From: the human T2T-CHM13v2.0 reference genome, Homo sapiens
Length of the DNA stretch: 64,000 bases
Assembly: GCF_009914755.1 (NCBI RefSeq)
Contig: NC_060926.1
Strand: one strand, 5' to 3'
Both the position numbers and the translations under genes were made by a program. Shown here in pieces: positions 38,512 to 53,787 of the stretch. The notes below the pieces were generated by a model. The model was not told the DNA's origin and did not search any database. It was given only the letters and a program-made list of their open reading frames with translations. Position 1 is the stretch's first letter; each line of letters begins with the position of its first letter.

Positions 38512-38693
38512 CAGTGGCTCTCAACCCTCCTTGCACCTCAGAATCTCCTGGGCCGTTTTTAAAAATCCCAGTGCTTAGGCCACACCCCCAAACTGATTAA
38601 CTTTGACTCTCTGCAGGTGGGCCCCAGACAGCCTTAATTTGTTTTTAAGATGCCTGGTTGATTCCTATGTGCAATGAAGGTTGAGAACCACTG
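38512..38693. mobile_element. MER5A (followed by a MER5B-like copy to about 38840)
   Basis: TIRs cagtggctctcaacc / ggttgagaaccactg, 182 bp. Confidence 0.88.
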
Positions 38694-41026
38694 CTCTAGG
38701 CCAATACTCCTCAAACATGAATGTGAGTATGAATCACATGGGGATTGCAGATTCTTTTTCAATAGACCTGGAGCAGGCCTGGGGTAGGCAAGTGTTGAAG
38801 TGATGCTGAGGCCGTCTGAATGAGGACCTCACTTTAATTAGTCGGGTCTGTTGCCAGCAGTCTTGGATACTGGCTTTGTAGAGGACACTCTAAGCTGCTT
38901 CACGTCTTATAAAATTTGCAGGAATCGTTCTTGCCTAAGAACATTTTTCTTTCCTTGCTATAAGTTAAATTTTCTTGGAAGCTACTTTCCACACCAACTT
39001 GGTTAGACTACACTTACTAGTGGATATAAACAGAATGACCTGTGGGGAGAGACAGAAGGTCACTGTCTCTTTTAGAATATGTCCTCTACCAAAAATTACT
39101 TAGAGTCCCTGAATTTAAGGCAGTGTGAGTAGCAGATATTTGGCTCACACTCAATGAAAGGGGCTTGGAGAGAAAAGTGGCTGCCTTCTAAATAACACTA
39201 AGGAAAGCTTATAACTAAAGACTCCACTCAATAGGAAATAGAACACAGCCAAATGAAGGAACCAAGAGAAAGCTAAATGAAAATGTGAGTGGGCCATATT
39301 TCACTGGAATAGATTTTGTGGAAAGAGTGTAGCCTCTTATTGCTATGACGGGCCGCTTAGTGAAAGCTGAGATTTTCTTGAAATTTTAGGCATGTTTGTG
39401 ACATGGAGTGACAAGAACCCTGTTCTTTAAATGTTTATACTCCAGTGATGCCCAAAGTCTGTCTTAAGACTTTTTTTTTTTTTTTTTTTGCTTTGACCAT
39501 TGAAACTGAAAGGCTACATCTTGGCCACTTGATTCTTCCTCTTTTCCAATCGAAACTGCTTTTAGACTGATTTGGATTCTTGGGAAAAAAACAATATTAA
39601 ATGGTCTTCTGTTTATCTAGAACTATTGGAGAGGCAGCCTAGTGCCTAGTGATTTGGCATCCTTTTTGGTTCAGTCAGTTTCTGAGCCCCTAATTTTCTT
39701 TGCCTTTCATTTCTCTTTAAAGGCATTTTTATAATGGTTCCAGGGCCCCAAGGCAAATCAAACCTTTTGCTCCCTCCTAAATGTCATACATGAGTGAGTT
39801 TTTATTGCGAGAATTATCAAAGGCTGCATCACAGGCACAAGGCTGAGGAAGACTATGGCTCTAAGAAAGGAAAAAGTGAGGCTGCTGCAGTCTGTGGCTT
39901 TGGAAAGAAGACATGTTGAATGGAGGAAGGTGGTAATTTACATTCTAATAGCAGTAATGTTTCTTAATTGCAGTCTTCCATATTGATTGCCATTCTTTCC
40001 TCCGGACTTGGAATTAAGAGTCACCGGGTCTCCACTGTTATCTAACCAAAGCAATACGACACAACCATTCAGGGGACTCCACAGGGATATCACTAAGATT
40101 TGATATATTCGAAAGATGTTCTGATGTTCACAAACTATTTCCTAGGAAACCTTCAGGGGATCTGTTAGCAAACTCATTTTCAGACCAAGTGTAAATATTG
40201 TGAATTAGGCCCTACTTTTTATCTAGTCTATAGAAAATTTAGACATGTGATCAGGTTACCAAGATTTTTAAAAATATTTAATACTTTACTAAAGCACTCA
40301 ATATGTTTTCATCATAGGGAAAACAAGCACAATACTCTGTTTAAATTCCTTTCATTTTTACTTTGAATTACATAAAACAGAGGTACCTCTATTGTCTCTT
40401 CCATTGCTTCGGGCTTCTGAAATATGTTAATACAGTCTTAGTCGTCCCTCACCTCATTTCTTACTCTGCCAGCCTTCACTAATCACCTATCTGTTCAGTC
40501 ACAGGCTCAGTTTCATAGTGATTTCTACATAAGAAAATGTTATTACATAATAGCATCCCTAGCCTGGCCAGTGAGTGGAGCTTAGAATTAGCCATTTTTC
40601 CATACCTAAGAATCTCAGGTGAACCACTGGGTTCCCAGTTTTGTTCTTTAGGTTTTCTTTGCTGATGAGTAGATCCAGGGTTCTTTGCTTTGGGGATGAC
40701 TTTGAGAATTCTTTGTTGACTTCTAAGTGCTGTTGTTCCTCTTCCCTGGAGACTTGTTCCTGCAGTTAAACTTTTACTTCTCTGTTTTGTTTTGACCAAC
40801 TGAACACCACTCTTGTACCTCACCCAGTTGTAAACCCTGCTACTGCACAACAGTCCACAGACTGGGGCAGCCTTCCTGGCAGACTCACAGTCACAACTCT
40901 CCTCCTCTCTGCATTACCGTGGGGTCAACCACTTCCTCTGAGTCGCCGATGAATTTGTCACAGTCTTTGGACATCAGGGACCTGCAATTCTACATTTGAG
41001 CAACTGATATTAAAGAATTGGGTTTG

Positions 41027-41370
<344 letters not shown>

Positions 41371-41484
41371 TCATTTCTGCCCCTTATTAAATTAAGGAAA
41401 TATCTAGTCTCTGTCCTGCAACTTTATCAATGGTAACTCAATGGCAGAATCATTATCTAGAGCTATTAATTTAGAGGTCAGAAA

Positions 41485-41720
41485 ATAATAGCAGATTGGT
41501 TAAGAGCCAAGGCTTTAGAGTCAGAATATCTGTGTTAGATTTTTCAGATCCAGCTGTGTGACCTTGGGGAAGCTTTTTAACCTCTTAAATCTCAATATCT
41601 TTGTTTGGAAAACATGGATCATAAACTCTCCCTCAAGGTGCTGTGGGAAGGATAAAATGTATATAGGATGCTTGGCATAGTTCCTGATCATAGTAATTGC
41701 TCAGCAAACGATATTGCTGT
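41485..41720 (+). mobile_element. MIR
   Basis: ggttaagagccaaggctttagagtcaga...agctgtgtgaccttgggg. Confidence 0.8.
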
Positions 41721-42914
41721 TATTATTACTGGTAAAGTTTCATAAACATGATGTCAATGTAAATTTTAAAATTTCTATATAATTAGATTCTACATAATCA
41801 GGTCATCCAATTATTGATATTGATTATGCTGTTGTTTTTGTTATACAGAGTTCTATGCAATGAATAATCCAGAAAAATATACATTTCTACATCAAGAGAG
41901 TACTTTTCCTCTCTGTAATGAAAAAAGCTGCTTGTGAACTTTCTGATTTTGTAAGTACATAGTGTGGTTAGTGATTGATTAAAAGGGGCAATGAATTCTT
42001 CTCTCCTTCACAATAATTCTGTTCCCTTATGTCTGGGTATCAATTTGATCTTATCTCTATTATAAACTGAGGGTAGAATTTCAAAGACAGCCATTTTACG
42101 CAAATCCTGCTACAACTAAAATTTTGATTGTCACATTACATTAATTTTATTAACTGGGAACTTTTTCTGTAGGGCGTAAACTTCTTCACTAAGTTTACAC
42201 AACACACTTTCCTCAACATTGATTCAAGGACTCTTCATCAAATAGGGGCTCAAGATAAGCTCCCTGGGGTGCTTTGTACCAGGCAGTTGTTCCCTACAAT
42301 CCAGTTCAGAAGCAATGTCCCTGCGAGATTACACTTCAGCCTTTTTCATAAATCTCTTTTCCAAGGCACCGTTTATGATATATATCTCCCTCGCTGTATC
42401 TTCAATTGCTGGTCACTGATTAGACTCTTCTGAGAGCTGCCACTGTTTTAGTGCTTACCACAATGCCCAGACAGTAGCCCTTGAAGATGAAACCTAAGGG
42501 GAAAATTGACTAAACTTATGGGTGTTGTAATCCATGATTTTAATGATGCTGATTCTGCTACTACTGGAAGTGTCTGGAAATAATGAAACTGTATGCTCTC
42601 GTCTCTTTAAAAATGTAGACTCATACAGTGTGACCTAAAGAATCCTTAGTAATCACAAACAAGTAATACTTAGAAACTGCATTCTATTTTCCCATTCTTT
42701 TAAAAGTATTATCCAGTCACACAAAAGTCACCTTTGGGTTTGTTTCAGCATTCCTAAGAATGTCTTTATCAAAACAAAGGATAAATTGTTTGTATAGACA
42801 TTAACATTTTTTGCCACCTCCAATTTAATTTTTATGTAAGAAATCCTTGTGAACTAGTTGGGGCTGCTATGGTTACTCTCATTTTACAGACTGAGAAAGA
42901 AAGTACAAAGGGAT

Positions 42915-43093
42915 TTGCCGAATCCTGGCTGTACGCATGTATCAGCTGGGTTATTTAAAAAAATACTGAAAGCTGGGTCCTACCCTTAGACATTCTGCCT
43001 CTATTGGTCAGAAGTCGAGTCTGGGCACTGTTTTGTTTTGTTTTCAAGTTTTTTGGGATGGTTCTATGATTCAGCCAGGGCTGAAAACCACTG
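42915..43093. mobile_element. MER5A
   Basis: cctggctgtacg...aaaaatactga...cagccagggctgaaaaccactg. Confidence 0.75.
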
Positions 43094-43984
43094 ACCTAAG
43101 GTCAAATAGCTAATTTGTGGCAAAGACGAGTGATAAAGCTCTTTTACGTCTGGCACAACTCAGTTTCTTTTCTGCTGCTCTATCAAATTTCACTATTAAT
43201 AGAATATAAAAATGAGGACTTTTCTGGGAAATTTAAGAGGACTTACAAACGTTTAAGTGCCTTTTTGAGTCCCTAAGGGGCAGGTAATGTAATTCACCTG
43301 ACATAAGCAGATTGGAGGATATGATCTAGAAAGTCCAGTCCATTACTATGGGGCCCCCTTCTACTTGAACATTTATTCCTCAGCATCTAGAGCAGTTTTT
43401 GGTGCATGGGACATGAATTAGTAGAACATGTATCGTCCCCTGTAAGGGGACTGGTGTAGATGGAAAGAAGGATTCCGGTGATAGGGTAAACTCTTTGGCC
43501 TCTCTCCAGTGCAAATTGCAACTTAATAGCAATCATCTCTTTGTGGCTGCAGTTCAGGCTCTGGTTAGCTGACACAGTCACCATATCTACACCGGTGTTC
43601 TGCCTGGCCACCTGCTCTGCGATGACAGACAGATTGTCTGTGACACTGCAGGACGAGGAACCACACAGAGACAGCAATCTGACCGAGCCTCAGGCTTGAG
43701 TTTGTAAACTAACCCTTTGTCAGTTATCTCAGGAATTACTTCTAAGCTCTTATTTGGACCAATTTGTGACTAAGTCAGAGAATCTCTTATCTCCTCTATT
43801 AAGAAGGGTTCACTAGGCATGGGGTTTATAAGCATTATTCTTGTATTCTTATTTATTATTTTTCAAGATTCAAGGAATATGTAAGTTTCCTGATTATGTC
43901 AATCGTTGGTCATCAAGCAACTCTTATTAAAGGAAAAAAAGCTGGGTAGAACAGAGAAAAATAAAACACAGCTGAGAGTAGCCA

Positions 43985-44270
43985 TGAATTCATTTGTTCA
44001 CTCATTTCTTTATGGATTTTTTCAACAAATATTTATAAGGATGGACTCCGGACCAGGCACTGTCTCAGACACTGGAGAGACAGCAGTGAAAACATCAGTA
44101 GACGTTTCTACTCTCCTGGGACTCACATTCTAGTGAAAAAATGACAGGCAACAAGCAAAATAAACAAATTAACACATTGTAGGGTGTCATATGGAGAAAC
44201 TGCTATGAAGCTCATAAAGCAGGAAAAATGGAATAGAAAGGTTTAGGGAAAGTACTAGTTTAGGTGGTCA
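43985..44270 (-). mobile_element. L2 3' end
   Basis: ttcaacaaatatttat...ccaggcactgt...ctcacattctagtg. Confidence 0.8.
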
Positions 44271-45571
44271 GTTCTGCAGAGACTTGAATTAAGATTTCCT
44301 GTTGACACCACCAAACCTTTTTTGAGAGTCCCAAACAGATAAAATGATATAGGACAGTATATTTTTTTTTTGTTTTGAAAATTTGTTTCTGCCCTGTACT
44401 GAGTTTTATTTTGTTTTTAGGAATTCCTGCCTCAAAGCCATCGGACTTTATCAGGGTCAGCAGCAGAGGCATGGCCATATGACTTGTACCACTGCGTTTT
44501 GGAGCATATTCATATTAAATACATCCAAGAGTTGTTTCAAAAAGACAGACTGCCACCAGGGGTTGCACATAAAAATAACCATTCCTTCTAAGGCACAGTT
44601 GACACAAGAATTCTGAGTGCCTCTTTGGTTTATATTATAGCATCTTATTAGTGCACCTGGATGACCAACTTTATAAGTAAGCTCTGGTGGGTGAACCTCT
44701 TGCCACAAAGTCAACAGCATTGGTGGGCAGTGTTGGGGGAGGCCATGGGAATCATGCATGTGTAACTTAATGGTGGTCCCAGTGCTGCTTTCTATGGGTC
44801 CATCATACCTCCTTTTCCTTTTTCCTGAATTGTTACCTGAAATTATACTATACACAACACACACACACTCTTCCACAAACTCACATACTCATTCGCATAC
44901 ATGGCTTGTAAATATGGCCAAATATTTAATTATTGAAAAATCACCAATTGCAAATTTGCAAATACCCATGAAAATCATAGCTGACCTCTTGTTTTTGTAA
45001 ATGTTATTTAACGTCAATGGTGTCAATGGTGTTTTATTTGCAGAGTCTTGTATACTTCTTTTCACGTCTACTTGGAGACTCAGGGCCTAAAGCAGATTAC
45101 AACTCATATACTGTGCTTTTTTGAAATGAATGATATCAGATTTGAAGCCTAAAATAGATATATGAATTATGTATCTCATGGATCTTAAGAAAGGATTTAA
45201 TTTTTCTCTTATTGTTTCTTTTGTAAAAAGAAAAATAAAAATCTCTGAATGTTGCTCAAGGAAAAGCAGAGCTTGGATAGAAAATTATTCCACACAGCAA
45301 AGTGCATACTTCACTTGTAACAGATAGATCAATAAATATCTGTTGAATAAATGATGCAATTTAATGGAACATGCTACTTTATAGGGTAATCATTTATATT
45401 TTGTAGCAGATTACTGGTTTAATTTTTAAGTCATTCCAGCTGCAAATAGGGAGTGACTACTCCATTCAGAGCCATGAACTAAGTTCTGTGGTGATTAAAA
45501 AAATGAATTAGACACTCTCCATGGCCTCTAGGAATTTAGACTTATAGGTAAAATCAGACTGTAAGTATTTT

Positions 45572-45865
45572 TTAATTTTTTTTTTTTTTTTGAGACAGAG
45601 TCTCGCCCTGTTGCCCAGGCTGGAATGCAGTGGCATGATCTGCAACCTCCGCCTCCTGGGTTCAAGTGATTCTCCTGCCCCAGCCTCCCCGAGTAGCTGG
45701 GATTACAGGCAGGCACCGCCATGCCCAGCTGATTTTTTATATCTTTTGTAGAGATGGGGTTTTACCATGTTGGCCAGACTGGTCTTGAACTCCTGACCTC
45801 AGGTGATCTGCCCACCTCAGCCTCCCTAAGTGCTGGGATTACAGGCGTGAGCCACCGCACCTGAC
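45572..45865 (-). mobile_element. AluSx-like
   Basis: Alu dimer; degenerate TSD gact(g/a)taag(t/g)atttt. Confidence 0.95.
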
Positions 45866-46957
45866 TGACTATAAGGATTTTTCAAGAAGTAAGTGCTATG
45901 GCCGGATATGTACTTTATGAAGGTAAATCTTGACAGTGTGTCTGAGATGTGTTTAAGTGGGCATGACCAAGGATAAAGAGACCAGAGACTCACATAAAAG
46001 GACTCTAAACAACTACTGAGGGCGAAAAGGAAGAATATAGCCATTTTTTTCTTTGGCCCAATTCTTAGCAGAATCCTATTACCGCTCAGCTTAATCTTTT
46101 AAAAAAGTACTGAGTTTTCGTTTTGAGAGGAATCACTCTGGATGGTTTCAAGTGCAACACATATAATTTCTATAAAGTCGTTACTATTATAGGAAAAAAA
46201 TCATTTTTAAGACTGGCATATCAAGGTGCGGATGGAGGGTGCTAGTCTGCTGTACCAGGCAGAGAGGATATTTCACCACTGAGATGATGAATGGTAGCAA
46301 TAAAAAGCAGACAGACCCTTCGTTGGTTTTATTATTGTGCCTAACTTCTCTACAGACAATGCACCCCCTGATCCTTTGCAACGTGGATTTACTGCTCCCA
46401 CTGCCTGTCCCCCTTGGTGTGCTGGTGTTTCTAAAACAGATTATAGTAATCTGAGAATATCCGGTCTTCTTTCTATGACATAGAACTGACTTGCAAGTAA
46501 GGAGGAGGTGAAAAAACCCTTGCCCACTCCGCGCCCCTGCACAACCACCAGACATTTACATTTACTGTGAGTGAAAGCTAAGTCTGACAAAGGATGGATT
46601 TTATAAAGAGCCTCTTACTTCCCTTAACTACCACTGATTTTACTATTATTTCAGAAATATACAAGACCAGTGAAGGAAATCTAATATATTTGTAACATTT
46701 AATCAAGTCTTTTTGTCTTTTGATCATATATATTCAGAAGAACATTGTTTTGTTAAAGGCAGTCTTATTTGTTAGATAACAAGTCCAAAGATAAAATAAA
46801 TTGTTTGATTTTTCATGTGTATTTTTGACATCTTTCTGACACTGTTAATCTGACACAAACTAAAACACTATACATTCATCGTTATAAGAAATCTAGTGTT
46901 GATTTAACAGTACTTGACATTATAAGATATATTTATAAAATGGAAAGAATATGCTAG

Positions 46958-47299
<342 letters not shown>

Positions 47300-47519
47300 A
47301 TAAAATCCTACATTTAATTAAATAAATCTAATACTTTTTAATTCTTAATCAACTATAACTAAATAAATTTAAGTAAACTTATTTAAATAAATAACATTCT
47401 ATTTATATATGAATCCTAGTGTTAGAAAAATACCTAATGAATTTCCTGACAAGTTGGGAATCTTTTCTTTTTTTTTTTTCTTTGAGAGGCAGTATCTCAT
47501 ATTAGAGAAGATCAGAGCA

Positions 47520-47834
47520 GGCGGGGCATGGTGGTTCATGCCTGTAATCCCAGCACCTTGGGAAGCCTGGGTGGGAGGATCGCTTAGCCCAGGAGTTCGA
47601 GACCAGCCTGAGCAACCTAGTGAGAACTCATCTCAATAAAAAAGTCAAAAATTAGTCAGATGTGGTGGTGCATGCCTGTATTCCTAGCTACTTGAGAGGC
47701 TGAGGTGGGAGGATTGCTTTAGCCCAGGAGTTTGAAGCTGCAGTGAGCCCAGATTACGCCACTGCCCTTAGCCTGGGTGATAGAGTGAGACTCAGTCTAA
47801 AATAAAATATAAAATAAAATAAAATAAAATAAAA
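47520..47834 (+). mobile_element. AluJ with (AAAAT)n tail
   Basis: gggaggatcgcttagcccaggagttcg. Confidence 0.93.
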
Positions 47835-47914
47835 CAGCAGGAATGAGCTTGAGTTTTGTGGGAATAAACTTGAATTTTGGTAGTTGCCTGCTAGCTGTGT
47901 TATGATAGATAAAA

Positions 47915-48440
47915 ATTATTCGTTCATTCACTCATTTGTTTATTGAGTAGTTTTTGAGTGACCACTAAGCAAGGTCCTGTGTTAGACACAATGGAATTAT
48001 CAGTGAAAAAAAAAATGGGGCTTTCATCGTGGGGAAGAAAACTAACCAAATTACACAATTTAGTTTTTAATTAACATTGTGGTAAGTGGCAGCAAGAAGA
48101 CACAGAGAGTGGGCTTAGACGTTTTCTAAGAGAGAGAGCTAACCTTTTTTAGTAGACTCTGTAAAGCTCCAAAAGGTAAATAAGCATTGGCTAGGAAAGG
48201 AGGGAGTGAAGTGAGTTCAGTAGAGCCCTGGACAAAAGCAGCTTCGGACACAAAGGCCCTGAGATGAGATGCAGTTGAGGAACTGAAAGGTCAGAGGTTC
48301 TAATGCACGCAGCCAGTGAGGGAGAAAGGGGTGTCAGCGGCGGCTGCAAGATAAGCATAGTACGTGTTGAACTTGTCGGAATTAATTTTTTGCTTTTGTT
48401 TTTCCTAAGATCAAGGTGATATCTGCTTCATTCTAAAGAA
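47915..48440 (-). mobile_element. L2 3' region
   Basis: ttcgttcattcactcatttg...aggtcctgtgttagacac...caaaggccctgagatg. Confidence 0.7.
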
Positions 48441-48809
48441 TCGCCTTAGTTCCACTATAGAACAATTAGCCTTACAGTTACTAAATTTTCTGCCCTTTTT
48501 CACTTCTCTCTCTCATAGAAAATTTAGCAGAATTCCTTCTAACTTAATTATTAAGGGGAGAATTGACAACTGGAAGATTAAAAACAAATTAACTCATATT
48601 TTCTATGCATGGTTTTACTTTCATTGCTATCCCTTGTCTGGGGTCTCCTGTGTGATTATTAGTAATTGCCACAATGACCAGAATTATCCACCAGATTGCT
48701 TTTCAGATTGCTTGGTGGAATCTTGTTCTTTTTTTGCCCATATCCCTTCTTGATATGCTATTCTAAATTACTCTCAGACTTACAGACAAGGGAGGAGGAT
48801 TAAAGAGGA

Positions 48810-48825
48810 TATATACATACACACA

Positions 48826-48891
<66 letters not shown>

Positions 48892-48903
48892 GAGAGAGAG
48901 ACA
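48810..48903. repeat. Compound (CA)n(TA)n(GA)n microsatellite
   Basis: Direct reading. Confidence 0.95.
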
Positions 48904-48904
48904 G

Positions 48905-49187
48905 ATTGATGGTGTCTCGCTCTGTTTCCCAGGCTAGAATGAAGTGACGTGATATTGGCTCACTGCAACCTCCACCTCCCAGGTTCTAGCAATTCTCCTG
49001 TCTCAGCCTCCTGAGTAGCTGGGATTACAGGTGCATGCCACCACGCCAGGCTAGTTATTGTATTTTTAGTAGAGACGGGGTTTCACCATATTGACTAGGC
49101 TGGTCTTGAACTCCTGACTTCAGGTGATCCATTCACCTCGGCCCCCCAAAGTGCTGGGATTACAGGCTTAAGCCACCACACCTGGCC
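48905..49187 (-). mobile_element. AluSx-like
   Basis: Alu dimer; flanks aaagaggata(t/c)atac. Confidence 0.93.
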
Positions 49188-50079
49188 AAAAGAGGATACA
49201 TACAAATATATTTCGGGCAGTTCCCTGAACCAGATAGGTTCAGAGAGATTCCCTAAAGAAGAAATATTGGTAGCCAATGTAAACAAAAACAGCACTGGCT
49301 GAATTCTAGCATAGAGACAACGCATTTCATAACTTTAAAAGATTCCTTCATTTCTACCTCTTTGTTTGCAGTTAAGTTTTCTCCATTGTGGCATATGAGC
49401 AAAACAACAATTAGACCCAGTCTACTGTGCACTCTATTAGGAGTTGTGAAGGAGAGGACCCATTTGTTTCTCCTCTTTGAGGTAAAGGGAAGAGGTTCCA
49501 AAAGAATTGCTTTAAAGATTGTAAGAAGGGGAGACTGGCATCTGTTTCCCAATCTTAGCTTCCAGCTTTCTTCTGTATCATATACCCCTAGAGTTGGTGA
49601 AAGACTACAGAGGAGGAATGGAGTGGTGTGGGGTTTGTCACTGGAGAGGTATTTAAAACAGTCTGAGAAGTGGGGATGTGGTGGGGGCATGACATTGGAA
49701 CTGCAGACCTGCCAAGGACTCTACCATAGGACACAGGATGTATTTTGAGTGAGGCCACCAGTTGGTGGGAGTCAACCTATAAGAATAATCTGGTCACATG
49801 TAAGTTCCCCCAGTGCCTGGAGGAGATGCTGAGTAAAGAGTCCATCTCAGTGGGGACAGTTGAGTATTTGATCCAACCACACTGATTAGATAATAAATGA
49901 GATTGATCAGAAGCAGGTGCCAATATGAAGGAGCTGCAACCTTGCCACAAGAGGTGTTCTCTCCTTACTCCTCTCCCACCCCCAGCTGTGCCAGAACACT
50001 ATAGAAGCACAGAGGAAAAAGGGCGGGTGAGAGGGTAGATAATATCTCTCTTCTTTCCAAATCTCTAGAGAAGAAGTTG

Positions 50080-51170
50080 TCAACTAGGGTTGTACCACTC
50101 CCTCGGGGGCAATTTTAAAATTCATGGGGTATTTTATGGTTGTCATGATAATACGAAAGTTGTTATGGATATTTATTTGACTAGAGCCAGGGATACAACA
50201 CATCTTGCAATGTATGGGACAGTCTCCTACCATAGACAATTGTCCTTCATGCCTTATAGCTTTCAAGTGTTTTACAGGGCATTCATGTAGGTGAGGAACC
50301 TATTACATATATATATAGTATTTTTGGCATGCTTACATTTACACTGATTTTTCCAGGAATATAACTACTGTGTATATTGAAGAAAAAGTGTACTGTTTTA
50401 CTTGGAATTTAACAAAAGTTTTTCACCATTTTGATAAAAATCACTTCACTGATGGCAATGTTGCCTGTTAGCAAGCATTTATAGCTGTTGCCTTTGGGGT
50501 AGTTCTACATAATGGAACAAGCATCTGATTACTACATCATCTCTTTTAATGTGGTTCTATCTGAGTGTTTATACATTAAGTAACGTATTAATTTATTATA
50601 AAATGTTACCATTTATTTCCCTTGTATATTATAGTTAGGTCATTATAAAGAATTTTAATATATATACATGGAATATGTTATATTCGTAATTTTATTTCAG
50701 AATAAGGTGCGATAGCGTATTTTTTTATACAAGGAGTACTATGGTCTGAATGTGTCCCCTAAAATTTATTTTTAAAATAAAATGTGTTGGAAAACTTATC
50801 TTCAATGCAACAGCATTGGGAGGTGGGGCTGCATTGGAAGTGTTTAGGTCATGAGAACCCTGCCCTCATGAATGGATTAACACCAATATAGAACGGTCTT
50901 TTGGGGAGTGGATTTTCTCTCTTCTGCCCTTCTGCCATGTGAGGACACAGTATTTGTCTTCTCTTGCCCTCCTGGCTTCTGCTATGTGAGGACACAGCAA
51001 GAAGGCCCTGACAAGATGCCAGCACCTTGATTGTGGACTTTCCATCCTCCATAACTATCAGAAAATAAATGTCTGTTCTCTATAAGTTACCCAGTATCAG
51101 GTATTTTTTCATAACAGCACAAAATGGACTAAAACAAGGGGGAAATTGAGTCCGAAGGAATTGATACCCT
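50080..51170 (+). mobile_element. MER20B-like hAT element, interrupted by an LTR
   Basis: gggggcaatttt...ggttgtcatga...gccagggatac...catcttgcaatgtatgggacag. Confidence 0.6.
50737..51136 (+). mobile_element. MaLR solo LTR (MST/MLT1A type)
   Basis: tactatggtctgaatgtgtcccc...ccctcatgaatggatta...aataaa...aatggactaaaaca; TSD agg(a/g)g. Confidence 0.88.
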
Positions 51171-53787
51171 CACATTTATAACTCTCTAGAGTTAAAGAAA
51201 TATAGTCCACTGTGGCAAGGGCAGGGGTTGGGAAAGAAATTTGAATTGATTATGACATTGACATTTAACAATAAATAGGACTAAGTCAATTTCAAAAATG
51301 AGGCTCTTTCAATCAAAAGCGATGGAAAATTTTGTGGAACGATATACCCGTCAGGAAGCTGGGGCAGCAAAGAAGCTTCACAGGGGCTACACTCAAGCAT
51401 ATTATTAAAACATGTCTTAAAGGTCCTCTACAGCTTTTACATCCAATAAGATGGTCAGCTGCCTGCCATAAGTCTGAGGTGTATGAAAAGAAAATATGTA
51501 GTTTCAGTTCTGCTACTAATTAGGTGCTGGTAAATCCACAACTGCTCTGAGCCTTGCTTCCCTTGCAAACTGAGGGTGCTAATCTGCTTCTTTCTATATT
51601 ACGAGGATCTTGTAGTGCAATAAGGATAAAGTGCTCTGTAATGACAGGAAATATGATTCTTTACCCTCTTGCATTACACAGTACCCAGGCCCATGCTGTG
51701 CATATTATAATACCTAATAATTCATGTTGGTTTGTTGAATGTGTCTTTTTTCTCCCTAAGGAGCATAGAGGCTGAAAATTGCAACTTGGACTCTGTATTT
51801 CCAATACATGCTGCTTAATTTTTTCATTCACATATTTATGCACCTGAAAAACTATATATGATTACTTGACATCAACTCATTAGAAATAGCCAAGAGAGCA
51901 TTAAATATAAAAGTGCCCAGATATTGAGATTAGTAAATTAAATACCTTACAGGAATGAGTTATCTAAAAAAAAAAAAAAAATGTGCAGAGAACGGAAGAG
52001 AAGTGACATAGAGCTTTAAAAGATGGATTAATTTGAGAGTGAAATCCCACCTGGTGCACACCAGGGGGACAGTTAATTAAAGCCTCTGTAGAAAGGACCA
52101 GAGAGGATCCCCAAGGCTGGCTGGAGGCTAAGCTGGTTAGAGCACAGTGCTTATGATGCCACTTAGCATATGGATCTGACTCCCAGAAGGGTTGCTCAGC
52201 TTCAATTTTTACGTGTCCAAAGACTCCACTATTAACCCCAAGCTGCCTATCTGAAAATGCTGTCCTTTTGCATACAGCTGAGAGTGTGTTGGAGCACTGA
52301 TGTATATGAACTCAATTTTGTTACTAAAGGAGCATCTCACAGGGAAATGATTTGCCCCATAAAGCACTACCCTATAGAGCTACTTCTGATGGGGGTGGGG
52401 GTGAAAGTGCTATTAACTGCTATTCAGTACAGATGGAGAGAGGACAAAAGTCAAAACAATTTTATTCACTCCTCTAAATTATCTTTCTCTCAATTAAAAA
52501 CATTGGCAGCTGCTATTGTTGTCTCCTTTTATGTTCCTTCTACAGAATAATGATTTGCTGCCTTTTTGTTCCTTTTAGAGACAATTTCTTTCTTAATTAA
52601 AGGTCATATAGTATGTCTTTCTATTTGACATTCGCATAAATAACTGCATAGTGTCGGTCTTGTTATTCCTGTCAGAACGCTGTCCACTTTAATTAAATCC
52701 CAATTAATTTCCTCTTTTCCCAAAGAAAACAATGGTGGTTTTCTGTAACACTTTTGCATTCACTAGTATGTTCACCATCCTTATCTATTACATTAATGAT
52801 ATTAAATTTTATGGTTACCACCTTTGCAATCTTCACAAAGTGATTTTTGACAACAAAGTTGGAGTAAAGAATTGTATCATGCATGATCATAAGACTGCAT
52901 ATAAATAAGCCAAATGTATTCACTATTAAATATGGGTATAACTTTAAGCAAATCACTTCAGCTTCCTAGATCTCAGTTTGGTTGTCTATAACATGAGAAT
53001 GTTGAACTGATTTCAGTCTCTTTTACCCATTTAAACATTGAGATATTATGATATAAAATCTGTGTTTAATCTTTTGGTTTCAATGCTTCCTACACATAAT
53101 ATACCCATTTATTTTAATTTGATCTACATTATACCTTACACACAAGATGACATGGAAATGTTATTATTTCCCTCCACTACTGACAATTATTTTATCATGT
53201 ACAAAGTATACTCATTCATTTTTCTCTGGAAAAATAATTTTGAGATATTACTAACTTTAGTAAGCATTTACGTATTTAAAAATAAGTGGCGTTTAGTGGT
53301 GTTTATGTATATTCTACATATTACTATTATTGGCCTTGACAGAAATACAGACTTTGTCCATTTAAACAGTTTCTTCTAATTGACAATTACTTAGTTTATT
53401 TTAATTATGAAGACTTTTTATGTCTTTCTACATAATTCTTAGCACGGCTCATTAAGTTTAAATAAGCGCCTTCTGAAACACGAATAATTTTTAGATTATT
53501 ACAATTCTCTATTTTTAATTTCTGCTTAATTAAAAGTTACTTTTCTTTTCTGTATTTTGTGTATTCCCAGTGTGCATAAATCTTAATTATATAGTAATCT
53601 ATGTTTAAATACTTTTTTCCTCCTTTTTTATCATAGTAAATTTCAAACATATGCAAAGCAGAAGGAATAGTGGAACAAACCCCATATACCCATCTTTAGC
53701 TTCACCAGTTGTCAACTGGTGCTCACTTTTGTTGCATCTAGGTCTCTTCTTCACCCTTCACCTTCGATGACTTTAAAGCCTTTCCTG

